From assembly GCA_013239625.1 (NCBI GenBank), contig MU053810.1, forward strand, positions 5,116,071 through 5,180,070: a stretch of 64,000 nucleotides of DNA. The letters are read 5' to 3'. Positions 1-13,179 of this stretch are shown one piece after another. This DNA comes from Lama guanicoe (taxonomy: Eukaryota). Positions within the stretch are counted from its first letter, which is position 1. Every line of letters begins with the position of its first letter. The position numbers were made by a program, and so were the translations under genes. Under the pieces are notes generated by a model. It did not search any database. It was not told where the DNA came from and saw only the letters and a program-made list of their open reading frames with translations.

Positions 1-20
1 GTTAGTTCAGATTTTCTATT

Positions 21-560
21 ACAAATGCTGCTGAGGATGTAGAGAAAAGAGAACCCTTGTGCACTGTTGGTGGGAATGTAAATTGATGGAGCCACTATGG
101 AAAACAGTATGGAGATTCCTTAAAAAATTAAAAATAGAGCTATCATATAACCCAGCAATACCACTTATGAGTATTTATCTGAAGAAAATGAGAACACTAA
201 TTTGAAAAGATTTCTGCAGCATTATTTGGAAAGATAAGATTGGAAACAATCTAACTATCCCTTCATAAATAAATGGATAAAGAAGATATGGTGCACACAC
301 ACGTGCGTGCGCGCGCACACACACACACACACACAGTGGAATGTTATTCAGCCATAAAAAAGAATGCAATCTTGTCATTTGCAACAATGTGGATGGATGT
401 TGAGGGCATTATGCTAAGTGAAGTAAGTCAGACAAATACAAATACTATGTGATTGCTTATGTGTGGAATAAAAAAAATAAGCTCATAGATGGAGGTGGGC
501 GGTGGAAGAAATGGGTGAATAGCTCTTGTTTTTGTTTAAACAAATTGACAAAAATTTAAA
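21..560 (+). mobile_element. L1 3' end fragment with an internal (CA/CG)n microsatellite
   Basis: Typical L1 ORF2-end/3'UTR text (gaggatgtagagaaaagagaaccc, cagccataaaaaagaatg) and an A-rich end. Confidence 0.85.
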
Positions 561-1385
561 AAGGGGCATTCAACTCAAGCCCCCCTTACTATGTGGAAAA
601 CATTCAGTAAGAAGCAGTTGCAGGGTGAAGTGGGAACTACTCACTAACACTAAGGATGCTGGATTTGGTTTCCTTTTTCCTGTCCCCGTTCCTCACTAGC
701 AAGGGTGATAAAAGATTGACTTAAACCCTTTGTTCTGAACTCGGGGAATGAGAGAGCAGAAAAGTATTTTAGCTTTTCTATTCCCTCATGGGAACAGGTT
801 TGTGGCCAAACCTTTGCTCTAATAAAGATGCCAGCTTCCCCAGGGGCCCACATGCCTTGCATGGCAAATGTCTCAGTCTCACGGCAGACACACTCTGGAT
901 TCCATTTTATCTCCAAAAAGCTTTTTTGTGTTGTCACCAACGCACAGGAATCATTAATTAATACAAGCAGCGCGCAGGGGGTAGGGGGAGGCCATCCAGG
1001 CCAACTACCACCCGCTTCAAATTAAGTTCTGGTTTTTAAAGCCTTGAAGTTTGGTGAAGGTTTTACTTTGCTCACAGGTTAGCTAACCAAATTGGTGGAA
1101 AACAAAGGAATCAGAGTATAGCTCCCTAAATTGCACTTTATCCTTACGTTGAATTTGACACAAGTTAACGAACCTTTAAATCAAGGCAACATTTAGGAAA
1201 TAAATACAGGAAATAGGAGGAATAAAGGGAAAGCGCTTGGCAAATAATACAACCACATACAAAAAAGTTGGCTGAGAAGTCACTTGTTGGCACCTACTAA
1301 TATTCCATTCAACCTCTCTCAAATCCTCCCTTTTCTCTACTCCCAAGCCCCTTAGAATATATATTTCAAAAGGCTTCTCACCCCT

Positions 1386-2062
1386 GAATGTGATTTGGTA
1401 CAGCCACTGTGAAAAACTAAAAAACTAAACTAAAAAGAGATTTTTAAAAAACTAAAAAGAGATTAACTATATGATCTAGCCATCCCACTCCTGGGCTCAT
1501 ATGCAGAGAAAAGATATATGCACCCCAATGTTCAAAGCAGCACTATTTACAATAGCCAAGACGTGCAAGAAACCTAAATGCCCATTGACGGATGATTGGA
1601 TAAAGATGTGGTATATATACACAATGGACTACTACTCAGCATAAAAAAGAATGAAATAATGCCATTTGCAGCAACATGGATGGACCGAGAGATTATCATA
1701 CTAAGTGAAATAGACAGAGAAAGACAAATATACATGGTATCACTTATATGTGGAATCTAAAAATTGACACAGATAAATTTATTTGCAAAACAGAAACAGA
1801 TTCACAGACAAAGAAAACAAACTTATGGTTACCAAAGGGGAAAGGGGGTGGCGGATGGATAAATTAGAAGTTAGGGATTAGCAGATAGTAACTACTATAT
1901 ATAAAATAAACAATAAGGTCCTACTGTATAGCTCAGGGAACTGTATTCAATAGCTTATGATAACCTATTATGAAAAAGAATATATATATGTATAACTGAA
2001 TCACTTTGCTGTATACCAGAAATCAACACAACATTATAAATCAACTATATACCTCAATTAAA
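1386..2062 (+). mobile_element. 5'-truncated L1 3'UTR (artiodactyl/camelid-type)
   Basis: L1 3' motifs ending aaatcaactatatacctcaattaaaa. Degenerate TSD aaaaggcttctcacccct (1368-1385) / aaaacgtttcccacccct (2063-2080). Confidence 0.88.
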
Positions 2063-2639
2063 AAAACGTTTCCCACCCCTTCCCTGACAGAGCTTTGTCA
2101 GGATGAACTAAGCTGAGTAGCCTCAACTGGCAGCTGAATTTGCCTGTTTCTCTTTGATTCAAGTCTGTATACCTTCTGGAGCTGGAGCTTGGTGGTCAAA
2201 GTTCTTCTGAAATTCTGGAAGGTCTGGCTTCCTGCAAGCAGTAGCTTTAAGTGAATCCAGAGAGGAAGCAGGTAGAGTGAATGTTATCTTTTAGAAAATC
2301 TCCATGGTGAAGGGGGCAAAGATGCAAAGAAAACTGTAGTTTCTCATAATTGACAAGAAAACAAGGTGTGAATATTTATGATTCAGTATCTTGGAGGTTA
2401 CTTCAAGTTTACTAATATAAAATATAACACATTTCAGTAAAATAAGCAGTCAATTGTCTATATATAGATATGGCCATTCTTCCAGCAATTACAGGTCTTG
2501 GCTTCACCTAGTTACACAAATATTAAAATAAACGTCAGGAAAAAGTTACGCTGATTCCTTTGGTGAGATTTCCCTCCCTTTAGCCTGATAAGTCTTGACA
2601 CATCAACACATCTCTAGATTCATAATATGTCTTAGTTGT

Positions 2640-2775
2640 CACAGTCTTGGACTCTGGAGTTAACTGGGGTTTGACTATTAATTCTTTGCTTACAAGCTGT
2701 TTGATCTTGGACATGTTACTTAGCCCAGGTCTCAGTTTCCTCACCTGTAAAATGGGTATAATAATGTTACCTAAT
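2640..2775. mobile_element. MIR SINE fragment
   Basis: MIR core ctcagtttcctcacctgtaaaatggg. Confidence 0.75.
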
Positions 2776-2779
2776 TGTT

Positions 2780-4700
2780 TCCCACTTTCTGTCTACTATT
2801 GAATCAATCAACTTTCAAGTTTTCTTTATTCCTTCTCATCCTTTTTATTTGTGGGAAGTTATACATAATGTACATAATATTCTTATTCTTTCAGTAGTTA
2901 CCCTTACATTTTTAGCAGGCATATCTAACTGAAATTCTGTAAATCATCAATGTCTCTATTCTTCTCCTAAACCATACACAACCTTAGAATGCTTTTGCTC
3001 TGGTCTTTTACAACTGAGTGTGGGCTGGTATTTCAGTTCCATCTTGTTTGCTTTACCACCAAAATGGGTCATAGTCAGTATTATTATTTCCTCAATTATG
3101 ATTTGAACTTTGTTGATTTACCTATCTGCTTGTCAGTTTCTTTGCATCACATTTATTTGTTTGGGTTCAACTTCCTTTTAATTAAAAATATACCCTAAAT
3201 ATATCAAGATAAATTAGGGGGTGTTTCTCCAGCCAGCATTTGTTATCAGGAAACTCTTTCAGAATGTGACTACTGATGTCGTTAGCTGAGTTCAAGATCA
3301 GCTGGGAATGAAAATTTAACTTAACAGTTATTTTCTCTTAGAATGTTGATACTCCTCAATGTCTTCTGATTTCTGTTGTTGCCTTTGAGAAGTCTGTTGA
3401 CAGGATAGTGGTAATTCCTTGAAAGGCAACGTTTCTTTTCTCCCCAGGTACTTTTACAGTCTGTTCTTTGACTCTGGTATTTTGTCTTTCAGTTTCACCA
3501 GGATGTGTCTGGATGTGATCTCACTGTGCTTCCTGAATCTGAATATTCATGTCTTCCATCAATTCTAGAATATGATTAGACATCATCTTATGAAAAATTG
3601 CGTCTCCTCTATTCTCTCTAGCCTTTCCTTATGGAACTCCTATGTGATGTATCTTGGATCTTCTCACTCAATCTTTCATGTCTCCTACCCTCTCTTATAT
3701 TCCGTTTCTATCCACGCTTCTGGGTCCCTTTTTCACATCTAGCTTCCAGTTCAAACTTCAAAACGACATTCAATCTGCTGTTTATCCCACCATTCAAGTT
3801 ACTCTCTTATCCATTCAATTGGTGTCTTTTTTTTAACTGCTAGACATTCTATTATTTCACTTCCAAATATTCTCATTTATTTTGTTCTTCTCATGTTGTC
3901 CAATCTTTTCTTTAAGTCCTTGTATTTATGTCTTTAGTCACACTAAGTATACATATTTTACAGTCACTTTAGCTTGTTTATCTGTTTCTGTTTACTCTGC
4001 GGGCTGATCTTGCCTGGGGTAGGCTATTTCCATGCATCTTTTGTTCTTTGGGTTTGTGAGCCCATGTTAAGTGAGACTTGTCTGTAGGAACCCTATCTAG
4101 GTTGAGGTACTCCCTCCAGAGACGTTTTCCACTTGATTCCACCAGCTATCTTGGGGGTACTGTGGTCTGAGACCAAATTTAATATTAAATTCTCTGGTTA
4201 TAGTTTCCCAGACGATGCAGGTTAAGTAAATGAAACCCTCAAACTCACATGTGGTACAGACTCGTGTTAAAAAATCCCCACAGGGTACTTTACTTTCCCA
4301 CACCCGCTCAGGCCAAACTAGCAAGGACAAACCAGTGTGTTAGGGTCTGTCATCACTAGAGGATGGGTTTTTTTCTTTAAAACCCGAAGCATGTGACTTT
4401 GAAGGCACTGGCTTTGTAAGAGGGTCTCGTCTAACTTCCCATTTGAAATGGGTCCAAGGCTTTACCATCTGTCTCTGCATAAAGGTTAAAGTCAGATTAT
4501 TGAGACAACAACTCCCAATCCTGGTTCCTGGGAGGCCCCAGTTCACACTTAAGCTCTGAGTCTCAGATCCTCATTTCTGCCCCTTGGATATCTCCTACCT
4601 TCTTGTGAGCTACAGTAAGCATTTAAAAGGCTTTTAAAAAATAATTATTACATTCACTTAGCGTTTTTATATATTTTCTAGCAAGAGAATTATCAAGTTC
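2780..4700 (-). mobile_element. Old L1M/HAL1-like fragment(s), ORF1-type region
   Basis: T-rich degenerate antisense L1-like text (tgtcttctgatttctgttgttgcctttgagaagtctg). Subfamily not determinable by eye. Confidence 0.55.
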
Positions 4701-5416
4701 TCTATTCCATAAAACTGCCACAGTCAAATTCTTCATTTGGATTGTTAACCTCCTTGAATGTATTACTTTGAGAAAAAGAAACTATTTTTTAAGTGTGGAA
4801 CGTAGTGGTATAACAGCAATAGGTAATGCCATGTCCTTGGACTATTAAATCAGCTGAAAAATCAGGCCCCGTAGATGAATTAAGTCTTAGGAGAAATAAT
4901 TGCTATTTGATTTTTTGTTAAATAAAATAAACACTGAATATTTTCACAAGTTTTGTTGCTCTTATAAGACAAGATACAAAGTATAGCTACTTGCAGGCAT
5001 ATGAGATGTCACATATGTAATAAGTTCTCCCTTTCTTGCAACATCCAGAGTTTCTCAAGTAGGGTCACCATTTCTTAAAGGCAAACTACTGCATAATGAT
5101 AATAATAATTGTTTACATGTACTTGATATTTGTCTTACAAATATTTTAGGAAAAAGTATCACTTATTCCTTTATAAATGTTAGCAAACATTAATATCTCA
5201 TGAAAGAATAAAGTTTTCTGGAAAATCTTAGAAAATACATGAGATATGTTGATATGTTGCAAAGGGCACAGGCTTGAGAGACAGATGAGTCTGGGCTCTG
5301 GTGCTATCTCTACTATTTATTGGCTGTGTGACCTTAGGTGAGTTAATTAACCTCTCTGAGCCTATTTTTCTTCATCAGTAAGAAGATGAGAGATACCTGA
5401 CAGGATTAAATAAGAG

Positions 5417-5535
5417 TGGGGAGGATAGAGCTCAGTGGTAGAGTGCATGCAGGAAGTCCTGGGTTCAATCCCTGGTACCTCCATTTAGGAAAATTACAAT
5501 AAATAAACCTAATTACCTGCCAAAAAAAAAAAAAG
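5417..5535 (+). mobile_element. Vic-1-like tRNA-derived SINE inserted in a MIR (MIR about 5260-5410)
   Basis: A box (agctcagtggtaga), B box (ggttcaatccc), aaataaacctaattacc tail and poly(A). Confidence 0.85.
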
Positions 5536-6046
5536 AACTAAACAAGATAGTGAATTCATCTAGCAAGTACTAAATGAATACTAATGAAAAGACAGAAAGA
5601 AGGACAGAAGTTAAAAAGAAGGGAGGGAAAGAGGATGGAAAACTTGAAATGTTAAGGGATTCTGGCTGCCAGTGCGTCTCATTTCATTTAAAGAACAGGA
5701 GTATGTTGGCCATGCTCTCCAATGAATTAGCCTAATGCTAATTTCTGAGTAATCACTGTTTAGATTGTTATCATTTATGCAAATTCATTTCATGTCTTAT
5801 GGGAAGTTTGATATAATAACAAAGACAAGTTGAACTGTCTAGAGCTTTGAGATGTTTGGATCATCCATCCTTCAGGAAGGCCCCTTAGGGAACAGTGGAA
5901 GGTGTCAGATTGGGACCCCTTCTGGGAAAAGAGTCCCCAAAGTGACAGATGAATACTGTGACAAGCAGAAACACTGTCTCTCAGTAAAATGAACTTGCAA
6001 CTTTTTTCCTTAAAAATAAAAAATAAAAAATAAATAAAAAGAATGG

Positions 6047-6142
6047 GGTGGGAGGGTATAGCCAGTGCTAGAGTATGTGCTTAGCATGCACGAGGTCCTG
6101 GGTTCAATTCCTAGTACCTCCATTTAAAAAAAGAAAAGAAAG
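6047..6142 (+). mobile_element. Vic-1-like SINE
   Basis: gggagggtatagcc...gcttagcatgcacgaggtcctgggttcaattcctagtacctcc followed by an A-rich tail. Confidence 0.85.
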
Positions 6143-7149
6143 AACATTTTTAAGAAAAAGGAATCACAGAGCAGAAGGATGGGAGGGACTGAAACTATAC
6201 AATGCTTTTGCCCAGCACCCACGACAGCCCACAGAGTCCTGATCACCCTCCAGAAATTTCTAAAAGAATAAAAAGACTACGTTAGTGGCCATTCTTCCTG
6301 CTGAGATGTTTTCGAGATGTCGGTTCCTAATGAAGAGGTTTGGAGGTATGCGGGAGCCCCAGACACCCTCAGAGGAAAACAAGCTAGTCCTGTCCCCCCT
6401 GGTTTGGTGGTGTTTACTAGTGTGGGCTTTTAAATAGGTCTCTGTCCTCAGGAATGTTGAAAGAGTTCAAGTATGTAAAGGGGTGGTCAGCTCAAGATGA
6501 ACCTGACAGCAATTAATTCCTCTCTGGATGAGGACTGCCTACGTGCTCTGAGCAGAGATTGGCTGTTCACGTCACAGCCCAGTCTATGAATATGGTTTTT
6601 CCGTCCATTTCTGAGGACATTTAATTAGGGGAGAAGCTTGCCCTGAGCGAGCAGGTAGGCTTTTACGTCAGGCAATCTCTCAGGAGATGATCTGTGTCAC
6701 CTTGGTGATGCACAAGAGGAAGAATATTTTGTAAGAAGGGAAGAGATGAGACATCACAATTATCCTTGGGTCCTACAGGATTTAGGGCGGGACAAATGCT
6801 AAAATGCACTGTGTGTGAGACTGGATGAAGGTGGTAAAGATTTAAAGACTACTCTTGCTTTTCTTGCCCATCAGAACGCTGGGCAGGAGCCTTCACATCC
6901 CTAACCCCAGGAAAAACATTGATCTGAAAGCATCTGTCTACATGCAGCAAAAATGATCGTCACCAGCACTGCAGCTGCACACATGCAAATGCTTGTTCTG
7001 AACTAGCATCACATAAACGTGAGATAGTGAGTGTCAGAATCTGTTCCTCTAGGTTAAAACCCTGATAAAGTAGAGAGAGGATATTTAGAGAAATGGTACA
7101 GTGAGAGGCAGCAGCATTATTTAATCTGACATGGTTTATGATGCTATTA

Positions 7150-10100
7150 GTTTCAGCAAGATTGACCACATTCTGGGTCATAAAACAAGACTCAACAAAT
7201 TTAAAAGAATTGAAATCACATAAAGTATAGTTTCTGTGACAGAATTAAACTAGAAATCAAATAGAACTATCTCTGGAAAATCCCCAAATATTTGGCAACT
7301 GAACACAAGAAATAATCCATGAGTGAAAAAGGAAATCTGAAAAGTTTGAGTTGAATGAAAATGAAGCCAATACATCAAAAAATCAGGGATGCAATAGTTA
7401 ATATCATACTGACTGCGAACAAGGCAAGAATGTTTCCTTCATTATTTCTATTCAGAATAGTACCGGAAGTCCCAGCCAGTGCAATAACAACGCAATAACA
7501 AGAAATAAAAAGTATACAAATTAGAAAGAAAGAAGGAAAATCATCTCTATTCACAGAAGAAATTACTGTCTTCATAGAAAAATCCAAAAGCATCTACAAA
7601 AAAAGCTACTGGAACTAATAAGTGTTTTGAAAAGTTACGATTAATTACTAAATATTTAACAGTATTTCTGTATTTTGGCAATAGACAACTGGAAATCAAA
7701 ATTCAAAGAAAAACTTACCATATATAAATAACAGTGAAACCGAGGGTAGTCATCAGTTAGATCCCTTAAACTATAACTTGTTTAATAAATAACATCCTGT
7801 AACTTGCCCTCACTGACTAAGCTCGCTTTAATGCTTTAATTGTCCTTGCAAGTCGCATACTCTCCAAGCTTCGCGTATCTTAGACAATGGATCACAAGAC
7901 TCCTCCACCCGCCCCCTACAGATAACACCTCTGATGTTGGGTTGCTATAGTACCGTTAAGTTGTGTTTCAAGAATGTAGAGTTAGTCTTGCTCAGGTCAA
8001 GCCAGTTGAGACCACCCACCATTAAGCTTGGCCTGCGCAAGTGTCTGATGGGTGACTTTTTGACGTCACAGGGCCCCAAACTCCACTCCAGATCATGCTA
8101 ACACCATGATTTTCTGAACATGCATCCCAAGAAGAAGCATGTAACTCAGATACACCTGTGCAGAACACAGATTACTTCACCTTTTTCTTGACTCCAATTA
8201 TCTTTCCTCACGTCTCAGACCACCTCGCTTCCTTGTCCCATAAATATCCAGCTTCTAGCCTTCCAGGAGGCAGATCTGAGACTTGTTCTGTCACTTCCCT
8301 GCTTGGCTGCCTTGGGAATAAACCCTTAGTCTGTGCAAACCTTGGCATGTCAGTGTTTGGCTTACTGCACGTTGGGCAAATGAACCTGATTTGGTAACAA
8401 TAGAATTAAAAACCATTAAATATTTAGGTATAAATCTAACCAAATATATCTAAGATCTGACTCTGGAAAACTAGAAAAGAGTGATATTAAATACGACATA
8501 AATAAGTTGGGAAATAGGTCCTGTTCATGGATTGTAAGACTAAATAGTGTTAAGATGTTAAGTCTCCCCAAATTAATCTACAGGGTCAAAGCATTCCCAA
8601 TAAAATAAAAATTCTAACATGTTATTCTGTAGAAATCAACATCGCGATTTTTAAATTTATATGTAAAGGCAAACAACTAGAATCTCTGAAATAATTATGA
8701 AAAAGAACAAAGTTGGAGGACGCATGCTACCTGATTTCCAGACTTGTTTTATTATACAGCTGCAGTAATCAAAGCAGTGTGGTGCTGACAAAAGGACAAA
8801 CAAAGATGCATAAAACTGGATAGAGTGTTCAGAAATAGACTCATGCATACATATTCAATTGATTTTCAATGAAAGATCAAAGGCAATTCAGTGGAAAAAA
8901 ATAGTCTTTTCATCAAATGATCTTGGAACAATTGGACATTCAATTGCAAAAAAAAGAAAAAGGAACCATAACCTGTACCATATTAATAAATAACACAACA
9001 TGGATCATAAACCTAGATTTAAACCTAAAAACTAGGAAACCTCTCAAAGAAAACAGAGGATAAAGTCTTCATGACCCTGAATTAGGCAAACATTACTTAG
9101 ATACACAAAAAGCTTGATCCACAAAAGGAAAAGCTGATAAATTAGAGTTTATAAAAATTTGTAAGTTATGCTCTTTGAAAAAAATAGCTCTCTAATGAAA
9201 ATGAAAAAACAACTCACTGGCTGGAAAATATATTCAAAACACATATTAATAAAGGACTTGTATATTGAACTCTCAAAATTCAATAGAAAGAAATCAACCC
9301 AATTTTTAAAATGAGCAACATATTTGAACAAACATTTCATCAAAGAAGCAATATGAACAACAAATAAGCAAATGGAAGGATGCTCAACATCATTACTCAT
9401 TAGGGAAATGCACATCAAAACCACAGTGAGATACTGTCAGCTATCTGAATGGGTAAAACAAAGAAAATAAAGAAAAAAGAAAGAAAAGAAAAACTGACAA
9501 TACCAAGTGTTGCTGAAAATGTGGAGCAACTGGAACTCTCACACCCTGCTGGCGAGGATGCAGAACTATTCAATTCTTACTTTGGAAAACAGTTTGGCAA
9601 TTCCTTATCTACACCCCCCATATGACTTAGCAATCTCAAGTCAAATTTACTCAAGAGAAACAAAGATATAAGTAAACACAGAAACCTGCATGTGAATATT
9701 TATAGCAGCTTTATTCATAATCACTCCCAAAAGGAAACAAACCACATGTCCTTCAGCTGATGAATGATTTAAAAACTGGCATAGCAATATGATAAAATCC
9801 TACTTGACAATAAGAACTGAACTACTGGAACATATGACAATAGGGGTGAATTTCAAATGAATGATGCCAAGCTTCACAGATTTACAAAGGCCACATGGCA
9901 TTTGATTACATTATATGATATTCTGAAAAGAACAAAACTCTGGGGACAGAAAACATACCAGTGGTTGCCAGAGCCTGGAGGTTGGAGAAAGGGTTGCCTA
10001 CAAAGGGACACAAGAGCATTTTTTGTGGTCAGGGCTGTTCCATGTCTTGATTGTGGTGATTTACACAACCGTATGCATTTGTCAAAACTCAGAGAACTAC

Positions 10101-10155
10101 AAACTAAAAGATAAATTCTATTGCATGTAAATTAGGCCTCAATAAACCTGACTAA
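7150..10155 (+). mobile_element. Old L1 (ORF2 to 3'UTR, internally deleted), interrupted by an LTR
   Basis: Degenerate L1 ORF2 text (gaccacattctgggtcataaaacaag; ctacctgatttccagactt) and an L1MC/MD-type 3' end (gtaaattaggcctcaataaa). Confidence 0.85.
7735..8399 (+). mobile_element. Solo ERV1 LTR (MER34/MER39-like)
   Basis: TG...CA termini, 4-bp TSD acag/atag, TATA-like cataaata, AATAAA at about 8317, and the 3' end tcagtgtttggcttactgcac...ttggtaaca typical of this group. Confidence 0.8.
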
Positions 10156-10494
10156 CTTTTTAAAATATTTCTAAAGATTTTTTAAAAAATCTGTTTGCTG
10201 GGGAAAGATATGAAAAGGATCAGAGTCAAGTAAATGAGGGGAAAAAAAAATCTAAGAAGGAAGCACAGCTACTTAATCCAGAAGGAAAGGCACCTAAAGA
10301 GAGAAAAAGGTTTTCAAGAGAAGATGAAACCAATACATTCGTGTTAAGATGTGTGCAAAAAACCAAAACAGAACAGAAAAAAAAAAGTTTTATCCTGGCC
10401 TGAGAGGTCGTCAGGAAAACTGAGAGTATCTTAAGAAATTAGAAATAATTTGCCAGCTGCTCTAAAGCAGAAGCAACTGAGTCACAGAAAGAGA

Positions 10495-11030
10495 ATGGTA
10501 GACAGAGTTCTAAGATGCCCCTCCCAGTCCTGCCCCCTGTGCAACCGCTGTGTGTATAACCTCTTTCACTTGCACGTGGGTGAGACTTGTAAATACGATA
10601 GGAATTTACTCCCATGATTAGGTGATTAGTCAGTGGACTTTGAGTTCATCAGAAAGAGCTTGTTCTGGGTGAACCTGACCTAATCAGGTAAGCCTTTAAA
10701 AAAGGGGGCTGGGTCTGACTGAAGGGAGAGGTTCTCCTGCCCCGCTGTGAGCTACCCGTGTTGGAGTCCATGAGGCAAAGACATGAGGGCAGCCTCTAGG
10801 AGCTGAGGGTGTCTCCAGCTTAGAGTCAGCAGGGAAACAGGGATTGAATTCTGCCAACAACCCCAAATCTCAGAAGAGATCAAAGCCCCAGCTAACACCT
10901 TGATTTCAGCCTAGAAGGACTCTGAGCAGAGAACTTCTGACCTTGAAAAACTGTAGGATGATAAGTGTGTGTCAGATTAAGGCATTAAGTTTGTGGTGAT
11001 GTTGTCCCAAAGCAATAGAAAAACAATTCA
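10495..11030 (+). mobile_element. MLT1 (ERVL-MaLR) LTR
   Basis: tggtagacagagttctaagatgcccc start, ggcagcctctaggagctgag, accttgatttcagcc, and the end agcaatagaaaaacaattca. Confidence 0.85.
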
Positions 11031-11658
11031 AAGCTAGTTTAATACATGGAGATATTTTCAGGGCTTTGACTCCTACAGTTCTCACCCAATAGTAAGCTAG
11101 TTTTAATGTTTAATGACTTACTATATATTGAATCAAAAAGCATCACAAAAGACAAAGCATAGAGAGAAGAGGAGAAGGCTAAGGGTATGACATGTTTGGA
11201 GAATAATCTCTCTCAGTCCCATCCAGCTGTGGCCAAGAAAACCCCGCACAGACTGATGGGGGAGGGGGAACCTTTTGTGGGAGGTTTCCTGGTCTTGACT
11301 CACTGTCCCTACAGGTTTTCCTTCTCTTTCTCCGGGGCCCGACTGCAGTCACCCAAGTCCTAACACTCCTCTCTGGGCTGGACACCCACCCACAGGTCTT
11401 TGGGGCCAAAAGTGACATCCAGACCAGAAACATGTCCACGTTCACTGGACTTTCTTAACATTCATTCTCAACACAGTCATTCGTGAGGCACTGAGCCAGG
11501 AAATAACCACTCAGCTTTATAACTGTTAAGAGAAAGCATGAATCATTCCTGAAGCATCTTTCCCTATAAGTGAAATAGACAGGAGACTCCCCACCGCCAA
11601 AGAATGTTATTTGAATTACAGGTTGTAGTATCTTGCAAATAAAAAAAAATACATTCTT

Positions 11659-11830
11659 TTTAACTTTTTTCTAGTATTTAAACTTTTTTGGTTGTTGTTT
11701 TAGTGTGTGGGGGAGTGGGGGGATTGGGTTTATTTATTTGTTTATTTTAATGGAGGTACTAGGGATTGAACCCAGGACCTCATGCATGCTAGGCACGCTC
11801 TCTACCACTGAGCTATACCCTCCCCACCCC
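11659..11830 (-). mobile_element. Vic-1-like SINE with a perfect 13-bp TSD
   Basis: Antisense A/B boxes (gggattgaacccagg, ctaccactgagctatacc). TSD aaaatacattctt at 11646-11658 and 11831-11843. Confidence 0.9.
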
Positions 11831-11932
11831 AAAATACATTCTTAATTTTCATAATATTATTATTTCTTTGACTTTTGTAACACTGTTCATTCTAAACATC
11901 ATATAATGAAAACAGAGTAAATGATAACTTAC

Positions 11933-12116
11933 CCTGTAACTTTTTAATCTGATGAAGTCAACCTTCATAGAGACGAATCTATCAGAATTTCGACTAATGT
12001 TCTTAAGGTGTTCTACAAGATCTGCACAGAACTTGTAGCCTCCTTTAAGCACACACAGGACCATAATGTCACAGTATCCTATGTCTTTCATAATATCCTT
12101 AGCCAGCCAATCAATT
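11933..12116 (-). CDS. PRTFDC1: PRTFDC1 coding exon 3 ([62 protein letters not shown])
   Basis: 184-nt exon (the recalled length of HPRT1 exon 3) with a tttcag acceptor and GTAAGT donor. It contains the HPRT-family LCVLKGG and DFIRLKSY motifs. Exon 4 onward was not seen in 1-11932, so the gene continues left of the window. Confidence 0.97.
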
Positions 12117-13179
12117 CTGAAAGAAGGGATTAAAAGATACATTAAAGCAAAACTACTTCTGAGTATTTTTGTTCCTTTCAAAAAATGCACGATGTATTAT
12201 ACATGTTAGATTATGCAGGAGAATGTGGAGAAAACAGAAGCCCACAGATAAAGAAGCTTTGTTAATGTTGGACAGAGAGAGAGTGTTCAAAACATATTTC
12301 TGATAACTACTTCATCAACTGTACCTTTTTGCTCCTCTGCATCACAGAAATGGTTAAGGTGTAAAATATGTCGAAGGTCCTGAATGCTCTAATTTGACTG
12401 CTACAGAGCCTGGTTGTTAACCTTGACAATGCTATGAAGGTATGTGGTGATATTATACTCACTTCGTAGAAGAGAAAAAGGAAATGGAGAATGACTCACC
12501 CACTTTGCAACACTAGAGGAGACTGGGAGGAAAGTCAAGTCCATGGTAGCTATCAAAATAACATTTGTCCTACATTTGATGAGGTTACCTGTGTGAAAGG
12601 TGCCCCAGGGTACAACCCCAGTGGGCCTCATTCCCATGGATCACAATGTGAATGGTGCCTCCTTGGGTTACTCAATGGTGCAGCCTTGGGCTGGCACCTA
12701 ACACCTAGTTTGTAACTGTCACTGTATTTTTTCTAATTATTTCATATCTCTAAGTCCATTGTCCATACACCCATGTAACATTAAAACCTTGAACAGAGGC
12801 AGGATCTAAGGAGCATACTTTATAAAAAAAACTCCCACTGGTACCTCAAATTGAATTAGATTTAAAATAGATAAACTGGTAAACAACAAGTTCCTACTAA
12901 TAAAACTAATAAGTGAATCGACTATACTTCAATTAAAAAATTTTAAAATTAAAATAGATGAAGTGAATGATATGAAAAATAAAATATTATATTACATATG
13001 TTCTATATATGGAATATATATACTTTATAGCATACATTTATGTTTTGTATGTGTGTGTTTGTATATGCATACACATATATACATATAAAATGGCAACCCA
13101 TGGTTTCAGGCAATGCTTCTCAAAATATGATCAGTGAAACATGTACACCAGCATGCCAGATGTTCTATAAAAAGAGACA

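Noticed and set aside
5417..5480. Possible tRNA genes (also at 6050, 11750, 15355 and 49420)
   Set aside because: They have degenerate cloverleaves, shared non-tRNA tails, and A-rich ends or TSDs, so they are SINEs.
11849..12190. 113-aa ORF as a stand-alone HPRT-like gene or retrocopy
   Set aside because: Only 11933-12116 is homologous and it is bounded by canonical splice sites. The flanks are intronic read-through of PRTFDC1 exon 3.
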